Below, piece after piece: positions 9,761 through 19,854 of a stretch of 64,000 nucleotides of DNA (position 1 is its first letter; each line of letters starts with the position of its first letter). The notes under the pieces were generated by a model, which saw nothing but the letters and a program-made list of their open reading frames with translations, was not told where the DNA came from and ran no database searches. This DNA comes from an uncultured delta proteobacterium (GTDB taxonomy: Bacteria; Desulfobacterota; Binatia; Binatales; Binataceae), in assembly GCA_963724765.1 (NCBI GenBank), contig CAVRVY010000001.1, positions 384,001 through 448,000 on the forward strand, given 5' to 3'. The position numbers were made by a program, and so were the translations under genes.

Positions 9761-10426
9761 TTACAGCTTGCGCGCGATCGTCAGGCCATCCGAGATCGGC
9801 AGCATCACGAGTTCCACCCGCTTGTCGGTCACCGCGAAATCATTGAAGGCGCGGATCGCCCTGGTATCGTCGGTCTGATCCTTTTCATCGAGCACTGCCC
9901 CGTCCCAGAGTACGTTGTCGACCAGGATCAAACCGCCCGCGCGCGTGCGGCGTAGCACTTCCTCGTAGTAGTGGCGATAGTTGGTCTTGTCGGCATCGAT
10001 AAAGGCGAAATCGAAATCCGCGCCGGAGGGCAACGCGCGTAGCGTATCGAGCGCCGGGGCAAGCTTGAGCGTTATCCTGCCGGCGACGCCGGCCCTCTCC
10101 CAGTAGCGCCGCGCGATCGCGGTCCACTCTTCGCTCACGTCGCAGCAGAGCAGGCTGCCGTCGGCGGCGAGGCCGCGGGCGATACAAATCGCGCTATAGC
10201 CGGTAAATGTGCCGACCTCGATCGCGCGCCGCGCGCCGATCGCTCGCACGAGCATCGTCATGAAGCTCCCCTGCTCGGGCGCGATCTGCATCCCGGCCCG
10301 CCGCCCCAGCTTCTCTTGGGTCTCCCGCACCAGCTCGCGCAGCACCGGCTCATGGTTGTGTCCGCGGGCGAGCAGGTAGTCGTAAAGCTTATCGTCGAGG
10401 GTGATAAATTTTCCGCTTGGCGTCAT
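9761..10426 (-). CDS. class I SAM-dependent O-methyltransferase (CCoAOMT-like)
   Basis: MQIAPEQG, IEVGTFTGYS, FIDADK, DNVLW motifs. Confidence 0.92.
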   Translation of the reverse strand: MTPSGKFITLDDKLYDYLLARGHNHEPVLRELVRETQEKLGRRAGMQIAPEQGSFMTMLVRAIGARRAIEVGTFTGYSAICIARGLAADGSLLCCDVSEEWTAIARRYWERAGVAGRITLKLAPALDTLRALPSGADFDFAFIDADKTNYRHYYEEVLRRTRAGGLILVDNVLWDGAVLDEKDQTDDTRAIRAFNDFAVTDKRVELVMLPISDGLTIARKL

Positions 10427-10502
10427 GGCGCGATTTTAGCACCAGAGGCCTGCGATCGCATCGCGAGCGGCGTGGCGCCGGGGACCCGCGCAGCGCGGCC
10501 GG

Positions 10503-10982
10503 TTACAAACCCATCGCGTCGAGTTCGCGCCGGATGCGTTCAAGATGGGTCGCGCCCCAGTAGACCCGGCCGCATCGCGGGCAGCGTGAGAAGTGCTCCT
10601 GGCTCGCATAGACGAAGGGCGGCACGCGGCGCACGACGGTGTCGCGGCCGGCCTCGGCGAGCGGTTCGTTGCAGTGCGAGCATCGCGTGAAAGCTCCGCG
10701 GCGGGGATCGAACGGAAAGCGCGCAAGGACTTCACGAAGCTGATCGCGGAACAGGTTGCCTTTGACATAGAGCGCGTCGGATGCGGTGCGCAGACGCTTG
10801 TCGCGCGTCAGCGTGACGCGGCCCTCGGCGCGCGCCCGTCCAAGCAGCTTGTCACCGCCCAGCGACGGGTCGAAGAGCACGTCGGCGCCGAGCAGCCGAA
10901 GCCATCGCGCCAGGCGCGCGAGCATCCGGTCGGCAGCGAATTTCGGCGCCGATCGCGCATCGGATTTGAACAATTCGTTCAT
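10503..10982 (-). CDS. Mut7-C RNase domain protein (PIN fold plus Zn ribbon)
   Basis: FAADRMLARLARWLRLLG, LTRD, RCSHCN...CPRCGRVYWGATH. Confidence 0.9.
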   Translation of the reverse strand: MNELFKSDARSAPKFAADRMLARLARWLRLLGADVLFDPSLGGDKLLGRARAEGRVTLTRDKRLRTASDALYVKGNLFRDQLREVLARFPFDPRRGAFTRCSHCNEPLAEAGRDTVVRRVPPFVYASQEHFSRCPRCGRVYWGATHLERIRRELDAMGL

Positions 10983-11117
10983 CGCACGCCGATGTAGTAT
11001 AGCAGGGCGTCACAGCAGCACGGCGGCGGGCTACAGCATTCAGCGTACTTAAAGTGACACTTAAAGCTGTCGAAGAGCCGAAACTTCGAGGAAAGGATTA
11101 ATGCGAGGAAAGGTTCA

Positions 11118-11750
11118 ATGAAGGAAGAGCGGGTCACGTTCAAATCCGGCGAGCTCAAACTGGAAGGAATGATCGCAGTCCCTGACGGCGCCAGGCCGCA
11201 TCGCGCGGCCGTCGTATGCCATCCGCATCCGCTCTATGGCGGCTCGATGTACAACAACGTGGTCGACGCCGTGATCGAGGCGCTGCACGCGCGCGGCTTT
11301 GCCACTTTGCGCTTTAACTTTCGCGGCGTCGGTCAGAGCGAAGGCGAGTTCGACAACGGCAAGGGCGAGGCCGACGACGCTGTCGCGGCGATCCGGTTTC
11401 TTACCGCGCAAAAGAGAGTGAGCGCCGACGGCGCGGTGCTTGCCGGGTACTCGTTCGGCGCGATGACGGCGGTGAGGGCAGCGGCGAGCGTGGAGGAGGT
11501 CGCGGCGATCGTGACGGTTGCGTTGCCGCTCGGAATGATCAATCCGTCGGCGCTCGGCACGATTGCCAAACCTATCGTGCTGCTCGCCGGCGATCAGGAT
11601 TCGTATTGTCCGGCGAACCATCTGGCGGCGCTGGCCGGGCGGCTGGGACCTTCGGCACGGCTCAAGATCATTTCCGGCGCCGATCATTTTTTCGGCGGCC
11701 GCGAGCGCGAGATCACCGTCGCGTTAGTCGACGAGCTCGCGGCGCTTTAG
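11118..11750 (+). CDS. alpha/beta hydrolase
   Basis: CHPHPLYGGSMYN, LRFNFRGVGQSEG, GYSFG nucleophile elbow, ADHFF. Confidence 0.92.
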   Translation: MKEERVTFKSGELKLEGMIAVPDGARPHRAAVVCHPHPLYGGSMYNNVVDAVIEALHARGFATLRFNFRGVGQSEGEFDNGKGEADDAVAAIRFLTAQKRVSADGAVLAGYSFGAMTAVRAAASVEEVAAIVTVALPLGMINPSALGTIAKPIVLLAGDQDSYCPANHLAALAGRLGPSARLKIISGADHFFGGREREITVALVDELAAL

Positions 11751-11798
11751 CGGGCGCCGCGGCGATTTCGATCGGCTTTCAGCGGGAGGGGAAGGTAC

Positions 11799-12377
11799 GT
11801 GCCCGAAGAAATTGAGGTCGATACCGACAAGCTCCACGAAGAGATTCACGAAGAGCTGGAGCGCGAGGGCGGCTCGCTGCTCAGGGCGATCGCGCTGACC
11901 ACGGCGCTGTTTGCGGCCCTGGCGGCGGTGGCCGCATTGCGTGCGGGCGGAACGGTCAACGAGGCGCTGGTGATGAAGACCGAGGCGACCAGGCTCCAGG
12001 CCGAGGCTTCCGACCAATGGGCGGCCTACCAGGCCAAGGGGATCAAGTCCGCAATCCAGCACGCGTCGGAGACGGCCTGGCTCGCGCTTGGCAAACAGCC
12101 GCCCGCGTGGTTCAGCGAAGAGCGTCAGCGTTACGCGCGCGAACAAGCTGACCTCGCGCGGGTGGCCCACGACAAGGAGCGTGAGCGCGACCGCAAGTCA
12201 GCCGAGGCCGACCATCTGATGCATCAGCATCACCGGTTCGCCAACAGCGTCGCGCTGTTCCAGGTGGCGATTGCGCTTGGCGCCGTGGCGGCGCTCACCC
12301 GGGTGCGGTTGGTCTGGTATGGTTCGATGGCGGTTGGAGTCTGCGGAGCCGCGCTTTTTCTCTCGACCATATTGTGA
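11799..12377 (+). CDS. DUF4337-type membrane protein
   Basis: IALTTA...EASDQWAAYQAKGIK...VALFQVAIALGAV pattern. Confidence 0.75.
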   Translation: MPEEIEVDTDKLHEEIHEELEREGGSLLRAIALTTALFAALAAVAALRAGGTVNEALVMKTEATRLQAEASDQWAAYQAKGIKSAIQHASETAWLALGKQPPAWFSEERQRYAREQADLARVAHDKERERDRKSAEADHLMHQHHRFANSVALFQVAIALGAVAALTRVRLVWYGSMAVGVCGAALFLSTIL

Positions 12378-12475
12378 TGAATAACCGACCGGCGGCTCGG
12401 CTTGCCGCGCCATATCTGGCGGGATGATCCGTGACCGACGGAGAATTGTATTTAACGAACTTGAGACTCAGCACA

Positions 12476-13624
12476 CTAACGCGCCACGCTCGACGCAGGT
12501 GCCGGAGAGCGCGCGGCGTTGGACGTCGATTGCGGTGTGTCGGCCTGCGCTGCGGCGCGAAGTGGACCGACGCGGGTCGCCCGCTCGATCGGATTGAAGG
12601 GATTGTCCCGGTCCGACTCGGCCAGCGCGATTATCGCCTTGATGGTGTCGTGCAGGTTGCCGCCGTAGATGTGATCGAGTTTGGCGAAACTGTCGAGATC
12701 GTGAAAATAGATCAGGTAGTTGATCAGTACCGCGTTATTGAGCGGTTCCTTGTCGAGATCGAAGCGTTCCAGTCCCGACAGGTGCGGCTTGAGTTGCGCG
12801 TAGTCGGCGTTGATGCTGGCGAAGATCGTCACCCGGCGCTTTAAAATCTCAGCGTGCGGGAGCCCGCTTTGGTAAAGCTCGACCAGGCGCGCCGCTTCGT
12901 CATTCAAAAAGTGCGCAAACTTCAGATCGGCGTCGAGCACCCCGCGCGCGGCCTCGGCGTTGGCGGAGCCGCGCCCCTCGGTCGCCTCGAAGAATTTGAC
13001 CGCGCCCGCGCTGCCGACGTAGGTCGCCGCCGATTCGTCAAACATCACGTCGCTCGCCAGGAAGTAGGTGCGATGGAACAGTTCGTGGATGATCACGCCG
13101 CCCAGCTCGACGCCGCTAAGGCGCAGCAGGTTGGAGAGCAGCGGGTCGTTGAAAAATCCGAGGCTCGAGAATGCCACCGCCGGCCGCACCATCGTGTCAT
13201 ACCCGCGCTCCTCCATCTCGGCGGCCTCGGCGTCGGCGTGATCCTTGTTGAAGTAGCCGCGGTAGGGGATTCTGCCGACGATCGGGAACCACCAGGTGTA
13301 GGGCTCGAGCGAGTCGCGCGGCGCCGCCATCACCACCCAGGCAATCGCTCCCTTATCGACCGCGGAGATGCTGGTGTAAGCGCGGCCGACATTCAGCCCA
13401 AGGCTGTCACTGGCGAACTCGCGCACCTTGAGCACGGTTTCCAGGCGCGCACGGACTGCGGGCGGCAAATCGCCGCGTGCGAGCACCGTGTCAATCGACT
13501 TTCGGCGCCACAGCAGGAGACCTTCCTCATAGGCCGCGCGCGCGATGTACCCCGCTTCGCATCCGGCCAGCGTGACGGCGCTCACGGCCAATATGATCGC
13601 GAGGGCAAACGTGCGCATTGCCAT
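12476..13624 (-). CDS. putative Zn-dependent aminopeptidase, lipoprotein
   Basis: Lipobox LAGC, WWFPIVGRIPYRGYF, HELFH (HExxH) with downstream FDES. Confidence 0.85.
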   Translation of the reverse strand: MAMRTFALAIILAVSAVTLAGCEAGYIARAAYEEGLLLWRRKSIDTVLARGDLPPAVRARLETVLKVREFASDSLGLNVGRAYTSISAVDKGAIAWVVMAAPRDSLEPYTWWFPIVGRIPYRGYFNKDHADAEAAEMEERGYDTMVRPAVAFSSLGFFNDPLLSNLLRLSGVELGGVIIHELFHRTYFLASDVMFDESAATYVGSAGAVKFFEATEGRGSANAEAARGVLDADLKFAHFLNDEAARLVELYQSGLPHAEILKRRVTIFASINADYAQLKPHLSGLERFDLDKEPLNNAVLINYLIYFHDLDSFAKLDHIYGGNLHDTIKAIIALAESDRDNPFNPIERATRVGPLRAAAQADTPQSTSNAARSPAPASSVAR

Positions 13625-13640
13625 CGACGGCGCCAAGGTA

Positions 13641-15479
13641 TCAGTCCACGGCCTGGCGGGTGGGCTCGGCCGCGGTCGCGTATTGCAGCTCGAACAGACG
13701 GTGATACAGGCCGCGGCGGGCGAGCAGTTCCGCGTGCGTGCCGCTCTCGCGCAGCGCGCCCTGGCTCAGCACCAGGATGCGGTCGGCGCGCTCGATGGTG
13801 GAGAGGCGATGCGCGATCACCAGGGCGGTGCGGTCCTTGAGCAGTTCGTCGAGCGCGCGCTGCACCAGCGATTCGGTTTCGCTATCGACGCTGGAAGTCG
13901 CCTCGTCCATCACCAGCACGCGCGGATCGTAGGCGAGCGCGCGGGCGAAGGATAGGAGCTGGCGCTGGCCGGAGGAGAGGTTGGCGCCGCGCTCGCGGAT
14001 TTCCTCTTGCAGGCCGGCGGGCAGCCGCTCGACGAAGTCCAGGGCCTGCGCGCGCCGGAGCGCCTGGCGCACCTCGGCCTCGCCAAGTTCGGTGCGGGCG
14101 AGGCGGACGTTGTCGAACACGTCGCCGGCGAAGAGGAAGACGTCCTGCTGCACCAGGCCGATCGCGCGGCGCAGCGCCGTGAGGTCCCACTCGCGCACGT
14201 CGATGCCGTCGACCAGGATGCGCCCGGCGCTGACGTCGTAAAAGCGCGTGAGCAGCTTGATGATGGTGGATTTGCCGGAGCCGGTGGCGCCGACGATCGC
14301 AATCTTGCGTCCCGGCTCGACGGTGAAGCTCAAATCGCGCAGCACCGGCTCGCCCGCGCGGTAGGCGAAGCCGACGTGGTCGAAGACGATCTCGCCGCGC
14401 ACGGAGCCGGGCTGGCGCGGCGCGGGCGGGCTAGCGATCGCCGCCGGCGTTTCCATCAGCGCCTCGATCCGCTCCATCGCCGCGAGCGCCGATTGCAGGG
14501 TGGTGTACTTGCTCGAAATGTCGCGCATCGGCAAGAAAAACTTTTGCGCGTAATCGATGAAGGCGACCAGCGTGCCGAGCGTGATCACGCGGCGGATCAC
14601 ATCGCTGCCGCCGGCCCACAGGATAATCCCGATGGTCGCCGAGCTGAGCGATTCGACCGCCGAGAAGACACCGGCCTCGTAGATGTTGGCGGTCATCTGA
14701 GCGTCGCGGCTCTTGATATTGAGCGCGTCGAACTCTTCGCGGCTCCGCTTTTCGCGCGTGAAAAGCTGAACCACGGCCATCCCGGCCAGCGCCTCGGCCA
14801 GGTAGGCGTTGAGCGCGGCCAGCCGTTCGCGGATCTCTCGGTAGACCACGCGGGCGCGGCTGCCGAAAAAGTTCAGGATGAGCAGCAGTGGAGGCACTGC
14901 GCACATCGCCCACAGCGCCAGCCGTGCGTTGAACGCGAACATGATCGCGACGATTCCCAGCATCGTCAGCACGTCGATGAACATCGTGAGCGAGCCCGCG
15001 CTGAACATCTCGTTGATCGCGTCGATATCGGTGGTCATCCGGCTGACCAGCCTGCCGGTCGGCGTACGATCGAAAAATGCCATTGGCAGGCGTTCGACAT
15101 GCTTGAACAGCGCCATCCGGAGGTCCGACAGGCTGTACTGCGCGACCATCATGGTCAGGTAGAACTGCCCGTAAAAGGTCGAGAACTCGCCCGCCACCAG
15201 CAGCAGGTACACGAAGCCCATCGCGAGCAGTCCGTGCGAGCCGAAAGCCTCAAGCACCGGCCGTAGCCATCCTGGCGGCACGGTGCGGTTGTGGGTCAGA
15301 AACAGATCGATCGTGAGTTTCCAGATGTACGGTTGGGCGAGCGCGAACAGCGAATTGAGCGGCATCAGCACCACGGACAGGAAGAACAGGCGGCGGTACG
15401 GATGGACGTAGCTCCACACCCACCTGAGCAGCTTCAGGTCGTAAACGCGGCCCAGTTTTTCTTCCGCCGCGATCTCCAT
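13641..15479 (-). CDS. ABC exporter, fused permease/ATPase (MdlB-like half)
   Basis: GATGSGKST, LSSGQRQ, VMDEATS; N-terminal TM domain. Confidence 0.93.
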   Translation of the reverse strand: MEIAAEEKLGRVYDLKLLRWVWSYVHPYRRLFFLSVVLMPLNSLFALAQPYIWKLTIDLFLTHNRTVPPGWLRPVLEAFGSHGLLAMGFVYLLLVAGEFSTFYGQFYLTMMVAQYSLSDLRMALFKHVERLPMAFFDRTPTGRLVSRMTTDIDAINEMFSAGSLTMFIDVLTMLGIVAIMFAFNARLALWAMCAVPPLLLILNFFGSRARVVYREIRERLAALNAYLAEALAGMAVVQLFTREKRSREEFDALNIKSRDAQMTANIYEAGVFSAVESLSSATIGIILWAGGSDVIRRVITLGTLVAFIDYAQKFFLPMRDISSKYTTLQSALAAMERIEALMETPAAIASPPAPRQPGSVRGEIVFDHVGFAYRAGEPVLRDLSFTVEPGRKIAIVGATGSGKSTIIKLLTRFYDVSAGRILVDGIDVREWDLTALRRAIGLVQQDVFLFAGDVFDNVRLARTELGEAEVRQALRRAQALDFVERLPAGLQEEIRERGANLSSGQRQLLSFARALAYDPRVLVMDEATSSVDSETESLVQRALDELLKDRTALVIAHRLSTIERADRILVLSQGALRESGTHAELLARRGLYHRLFELQYATAAEPTRQAVD

Positions 15480-15498
15480 CGTCCACTACTCGCGCGCT

Positions 15499-17259
15499 TC
15501 AGTAGCGCGCGAGTTCTTCCTCCACCAGTTGGCGATGGAACAGCTCGGCGTAAATCCCGCGCTGCGCCATCAACTCCGCGTGCGTGCCGCGCTCGGCAAT
15601 CTCGCCTTCCTCCAGCACGATTATGTGGTCGGCGTCGCGCACGGTGGACGCCCGATGGCTCACCACGACCGTGGTGCGGCCGCGCACGCTCTCGGCCAGG
15701 CTATCGAGCACGGCGCGCTCGGTCTCGGTGTCTACGCTGGAGAGCGCGTCGTCGAGCATCACCACCGCCGGGTCATAGACCAGCACTCGCGCGATCGTGA
15801 CGCGCTGCTTCTGCCCGCCCGAGAGCGACATCCCGCGCTCCCCGACGATTGTCGCAAGGCCCTGCGGCAGCACGGCGATATCGGACTCGAGGCCGGCGAC
15901 GCGCGCGGCGTGGGCGATTTCGTCGAGCGAGGCGTCGGCGCGGCCAAACGCGATGTTACGTGCCATCGTGTCGGAGAACAGCGTCGGCTCCTGCGGCACC
16001 ATCCCGACCGTCTTGCGCAGCGCCCCCAGCGGCAGATCGTGCACGTCGCGCCCGTCGAGCGTGACGCGGCCCGCGGTCGGCTCGACCAGCCGGGTCAGCA
16101 GCTTGACCATCGTGGATTTGCCCGCGCCGGTGCGGCCGACGATCGCGAGCTTCTCTCCGGCGCCGATTTTGACCGAGACGTCGCGCAATGCGTAATGGCC
16201 GTCGCGGCCATTTTCGCCGGACCGGCTTCCATCGTGCGCGAAGTAGCTGAACCAGACGTGCTCCCATTCAATTGCGCCGGCCACTTCCAGCCGCGTCTCG
16301 CCGCCATCGATCGAGGGCGTGACCGGAGCGAAAAAGATCTCGTCGAGCCGCTTCATCGAAGCGCGCCCGCGCTGGTAAATCGAAATCACCCAGCCCAGCG
16401 CCGTGGTCGGCCACATCAACTGCGCCAGGTAGCCCATGAAGGCGACCAGTCCGCCGATCGACATCTGGTTGCGCGTGACCAGGTAGCTGCCGTACACCAG
16501 CACCATCATCATCGAGGTCGCGTACGTGCCGCGGATGAGCGGCATCAACGCGCCGCGCAGCCGCGCGAGCGCCAGGCCCTCCTCGTTGTAACTGTCATTG
16601 CGGCGGCGAAACTGTTCGGCCTCGCGCTCGTGCAGCGTGTAGGCCTTGACGACATGGATGCCCGAAAGGCTCTCCTGCACCTTGGCGCCGATTGCGCCGA
16701 GTTCCTCCTGCACGCGCAGGCTGCGCTCCATCAGCGTCTGCGTGAGCTGGCGGATAGCGAAGAACAGGATCACGAAGGGCACCAGCGATACAAACGTGAG
16801 GCGCCATTGCTTGGTGAACATGAAGGTCAGCGCATAGATGTAGACCAGCGGCGTGTTGGCGAAAGTCAGCGCGCCCATCCCGACCATCATCCGCACCGCG
16901 CTCAGGTCATTGATCATCCGCGACATCAGGTCGCCGGTCTTCAGCCGCTCGTAGAAAGAGCGGTCGAGCAGCGTGAGATGGGTGAAGAGATCGTTGCGCA
17001 GGCAGTATTCGACGTCGCGCCCGCAGTTGAAGAACATGAAGCGCGAGAACCATCGCACCACTCCCATCGCCAGCGCCGCCGCGAAGATTTCGCCGGCAAG
17101 CAGGTTGAGACGGCGGATATCGTGGGCCTGGATGGAGTCGATCGCCTTGCCGGTCAGATATGGCAGCACCATCCCGAGCGTCACGGTGGCGAGCGTGCAG
17201 AGCGTGGCGAACGCGTAGCGATGCCAATACGGGCGAACGTAGCCGAGCAGGCGTTTCAT
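15499..17259 (-). CDS. ABC exporter, fused permease/ATPase (MdlA-like half)
   Basis: GRTGAGKST, LSGGQKQR, degenerate Walker B MLDDALS typical of heterodimeric exporters. Confidence 0.93.
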   Translation of the reverse strand: MKRLLGYVRPYWHRYAFATLCTLATVTLGMVLPYLTGKAIDSIQAHDIRRLNLLAGEIFAAALAMGVVRWFSRFMFFNCGRDVEYCLRNDLFTHLTLLDRSFYERLKTGDLMSRMINDLSAVRMMVGMGALTFANTPLVYIYALTFMFTKQWRLTFVSLVPFVILFFAIRQLTQTLMERSLRVQEELGAIGAKVQESLSGIHVVKAYTLHEREAEQFRRRNDSYNEEGLALARLRGALMPLIRGTYATSMMMVLVYGSYLVTRNQMSIGGLVAFMGYLAQLMWPTTALGWVISIYQRGRASMKRLDEIFFAPVTPSIDGGETRLEVAGAIEWEHVWFSYFAHDGSRSGENGRDGHYALRDVSVKIGAGEKLAIVGRTGAGKSTMVKLLTRLVEPTAGRVTLDGRDVHDLPLGALRKTVGMVPQEPTLFSDTMARNIAFGRADASLDEIAHAARVAGLESDIAVLPQGLATIVGERGMSLSGGQKQRVTIARVLVYDPAVVMLDDALSSVDTETERAVLDSLAESVRGRTTVVVSHRASTVRDADHIIVLEEGEIAERGTHAELMAQRGIYAELFHRQLVEEELARY

Positions 17260-17279
17260 GTCTCAGCCTGGCTAACTTA

Positions 17280-18077
17280 TCAAGCCCCCGCGCGGGGACC
17301 AAAGCTCGCGGCGGCGGCCGAAGAGACGCCCCCCGGGGCCGCTTGCGCGAGCGCCTTGTGCGCCAGCACGATCAGGTTGTCTTCAGTCAGCACGCGCCGG
17401 TCGAGCATCCAGCGCGCCAGTTCGCGATTGAGCGCGCGTATCGGCGGTTTGCGCTCGCGCCATACCAGGCGCAGTTGCGTGTCGAGCGCGACCATCGGGT
17501 AAAGCAGCGCGTACAGCACGTAGCTGAACGGTTTGACCTTGCCATGGGCCAGCCGTTCGAGCCGCAAGCCGTTGATGCGCATCAGATAGTAGAGCAGCAC
17601 GAACGGGATCGGATAGTTGTGATAGCGATGCGCCTCATCGAGCGGCGTGTCGAGCGGAATCTGGCGCCGCTTGGCCTTGTGCATTCCCGACAGCATGAAG
17701 CCCAGGCGCGAATCGAGGCGCATGATGTTGGGCGTGGTCAAAATCAGATGACCACCCGGCCGCAGCACGCGCGCCACCTCGCCAAGGGCTGCGCGATGGT
17801 TCTCCAGGTGTTCGATCACCTCGGTGAGCACGACCAGGTCGAAGCTCTCGTCGGGATAGGGCAGGCCGCGCGTGAGGTCGACGCCCTCGTCGATCGGCAT
17901 CCCTTCGATCGGCGGCAGGCCGCGTTCGAAGCGAGTGCCGCGCACCTCGAAACCGCGCGCGGCCAGCGCGCGCATCACTTCGCCGTTGCGGCAGCTCACG
18001 TCGAGCGCGCGCGTGCCGCGAGCGTCGAGGCCGGCGACCAGTTCGAGGACGCCGTCGATTATTTCGCGTGCTGGCAT
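17280..18077 (-). CDS. class I SAM-dependent methyltransferase
   Basis: LDVSCRNG (motif I variant), PYPDESFDLV, EVIEHLEN, RVLRPGG..LTTPN. Confidence 0.85.
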   Translation of the reverse strand: MPAREIIDGVLELVAGLDARGTRALDVSCRNGEVMRALAARGFEVRGTRFERGLPPIEGMPIDEGVDLTRGLPYPDESFDLVVLTEVIEHLENHRAALGEVARVLRPGGHLILTTPNIMRLDSRLGFMLSGMHKAKRRQIPLDTPLDEAHRYHNYPIPFVLLYYLMRINGLRLERLAHGKVKPFSYVLYALLYPMVALDTQLRLVWRERKPPIRALNRELARWMLDRRVLTEDNLIVLAHKALAQAAPGGVSSAAAASFGPRAGA

Positions 18078-18213
18078 GGAGTTCTAATCCCGATTCGCCG
18101 CGAGTTCGCGCACGCCGCCCGCGCTTGGTTGTCTGAACCATTCATGGCAATCGGATTACGTTATCAGGTACGCCGAGCGGAATAACAGGCTAGGGGCGCG
18201 GCGCGCACCGGCC

Positions 18214-19017
18214 TCACAATCGGCGCTGTGTTCGCAGCCGGCGCTCGTAGAGCTTGGCGTATTTGAGGAAGACATAAAAAGCCGCACTCATCGCCGCGTA
18301 CAGCCCGCGTCCGCCCTCGCGAAAGCCGCCGCGCAGAAAATAAAAGTTGAGGAAGCGCCAGGCCGGATTGGCGATCATCTTGACCACGGTGAGCGCGCCC
18401 GGGTCGCCCTCGGCCGCCGCCTGCGAGCTTAGCCGGTTGATCGTGGCGACGTGGTCCGCGACGTCGCGATAGCTGAAATGAAGAATCGGCGCGTTGAGTT
18501 TGGCGACGATTCCCGCGTCACTCCCCGCGTTGGTCCCATCGATCTGCACACTGGCGTGCGGCTCGTGCCCGCCAAAGCGCGCGCGCTCGCGGCGAAACAG
18601 CCGCAGGTGCCAGTCCGGGTAGAGTCCGCGCGTGTAGTAGTGGCCGAGATGGTAGAGCACGCGGCGCACGCGGTAGCCGGCGGCCGGTTGCGGGCGCTGA
18701 AGCGCGGCGCGAATTTCGCTGCTCAATTCCCAGGTCGCCTGCTCGTCGGCGTCGAGTGAGAAGACCCATTCCCCGCGGGCCTGTTCGAGCGCGAACTGTT
18801 TTTGCGCGATATATCCTTCGAAGGGCCGCTCGAAAACCCGCGCTCCCAGGCCGCGCGCGATTTCAAGCGTGCGGTCGGTCGAGAACGAATCGACCACGAT
18901 CAATTCATCGCAGAACGCCGCCGCGCTCTTGAGGCATTGGCCGATCAGCTCCTCCTCGTTGCGCGTGATGACGATGAGCGAGATCTTCGGCGCAGTGTTC
19001 GCCGCGTCGGTCATCAC
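18214..19017 (-). CDS. GT2 glycosyltransferase, WaaE/KdtX-like
   Basis: ITRNEE, VVDSFSTDRT, WVFSLDADE, YPDWHLRLFRR, YVFLKYAKLYE. Confidence 0.88.
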   Translation of the reverse strand: MMTDAANTAPKISLIVITRNEEELIGQCLKSAAAFCDELIVVDSFSTDRTLEIARGLGARVFERPFEGYIAQKQFALEQARGEWVFSLDADEQATWELSSEIRAALQRPQPAAGYRVRRVLYHLGHYYTRGLYPDWHLRLFRRERARFGGHEPHASVQIDGTNAGSDAGIVAKLNAPILHFSYRDVADHVATINRLSSQAAAEGDPGALTVVKMIANPAWRFLNFYFLRGGFREGGRGLYAAMSAAFYVFLKYAKLYERRLRTQRRL

Positions 19018-19847
19018 GTCTGGCCTCGCGGCGGCTCGCCGGGCGCGGGTGGAGCATCGGAGGCTGGCGACGCATCGGAGGTTGGCGGCGCACTTATCTC
19101 ATCGAGGAAATGGGCGGAGGCCTCGCACGCGAGCCGATAGCCGGCGTCATCGATCCGCCCGCGCATCAGCTCCACGCGCAGAAACAGGAAATAGGTCTGC
19201 ACGACGTCGTTGCGGCAGTAGCGATGGATCTCCTCCAGCCGGCCCTGCTCGTACAAATCCTGGACCTGCGAGCCGTCGACTTCCATCTTGCCCGGCAGGC
19301 CGATCATCTTGAGCAGCAGGTCCATCCCGCCGCGCAACCCGCCGGCGGCGCCGAAGTTGGTCAGGTAGTCGAAAAGATCCAGATGGCGCTCGGTGGAATA
19401 GCGCGCGCGTCCAGATCCGGTGCCTTCGGCGAAATGTGCGGGCGCGGCGATTCCGTAACGAAGCGCGGCAAGCTCGAGCACGGGAAAATCGAAGCGCCGT
19501 CCGTTGAACGTAACCAGGCATCCGGCGAAACGCTCGGCGCGCGTCCAGAACTCGCGCGCCAGCGCCTCCTCGGAGTAACCATCGAGCGCGAGACTTTCGG
19601 CCGAGCGCAGGACGTGGTCAGCGCCGACGTCGCCGATCGCGATCGAAATCGGAATGTGCAGCGTTAGCGGAAAGAAATCGCTGCCGCGACGCGCACGCAA
19701 CTGTTCGCGGAAACGTTGAAAAGCGTCCTCGTCGCTCAAACCCTCGCCGGCGCATAACGCCTGGTTGAGCAAGCGCTTGTCGACGCGCGTCTCGATGTCA
19801 AATATCGCGAACACCCCAGTTGCCGCCGCGCGGCTCGATGCCGTCAC
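19014..19847 (-). CDS. DEDD 3'-5' exonuclease-like protein (PolB-exo/WlaX-like)
   Basis: FDIET, VTFNGRRFDFPVL, HLDL, GLPGK, YCRNDV; likely GTG start at 19847. Confidence 0.85.
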   Translation of the reverse strand: MTASSRAAATGVFAIFDIETRVDKRLLNQALCAGEGLSDEDAFQRFREQLRARRGSDFFPLTLHIPISIAIGDVGADHVLRSAESLALDGYSEEALAREFWTRAERFAGCLVTFNGRRFDFPVLELAALRYGIAAPAHFAEGTGSGRARYSTERHLDLFDYLTNFGAAGGLRGGMDLLLKMIGLPGKMEVDGSQVQDLYEQGRLEEIHRYCRNDVVQTYFLFLRVELMRGRIDDAGYRLACEASAHFLDEISAPPTSDASPASDAPPAPGEPPRGQT

Positions 19848-19854
19848 TCGACGT

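Noticed and set aside
14007-17502. Long plus-strand ORFs (419 and 657 aa), and similar ones at 30988-32874, 33402-35624 and 44181-45620
   Set aside because: They are antisense shadows of well-supported genes; long stop-free frames are expected at this GC content, and they show no motifs.
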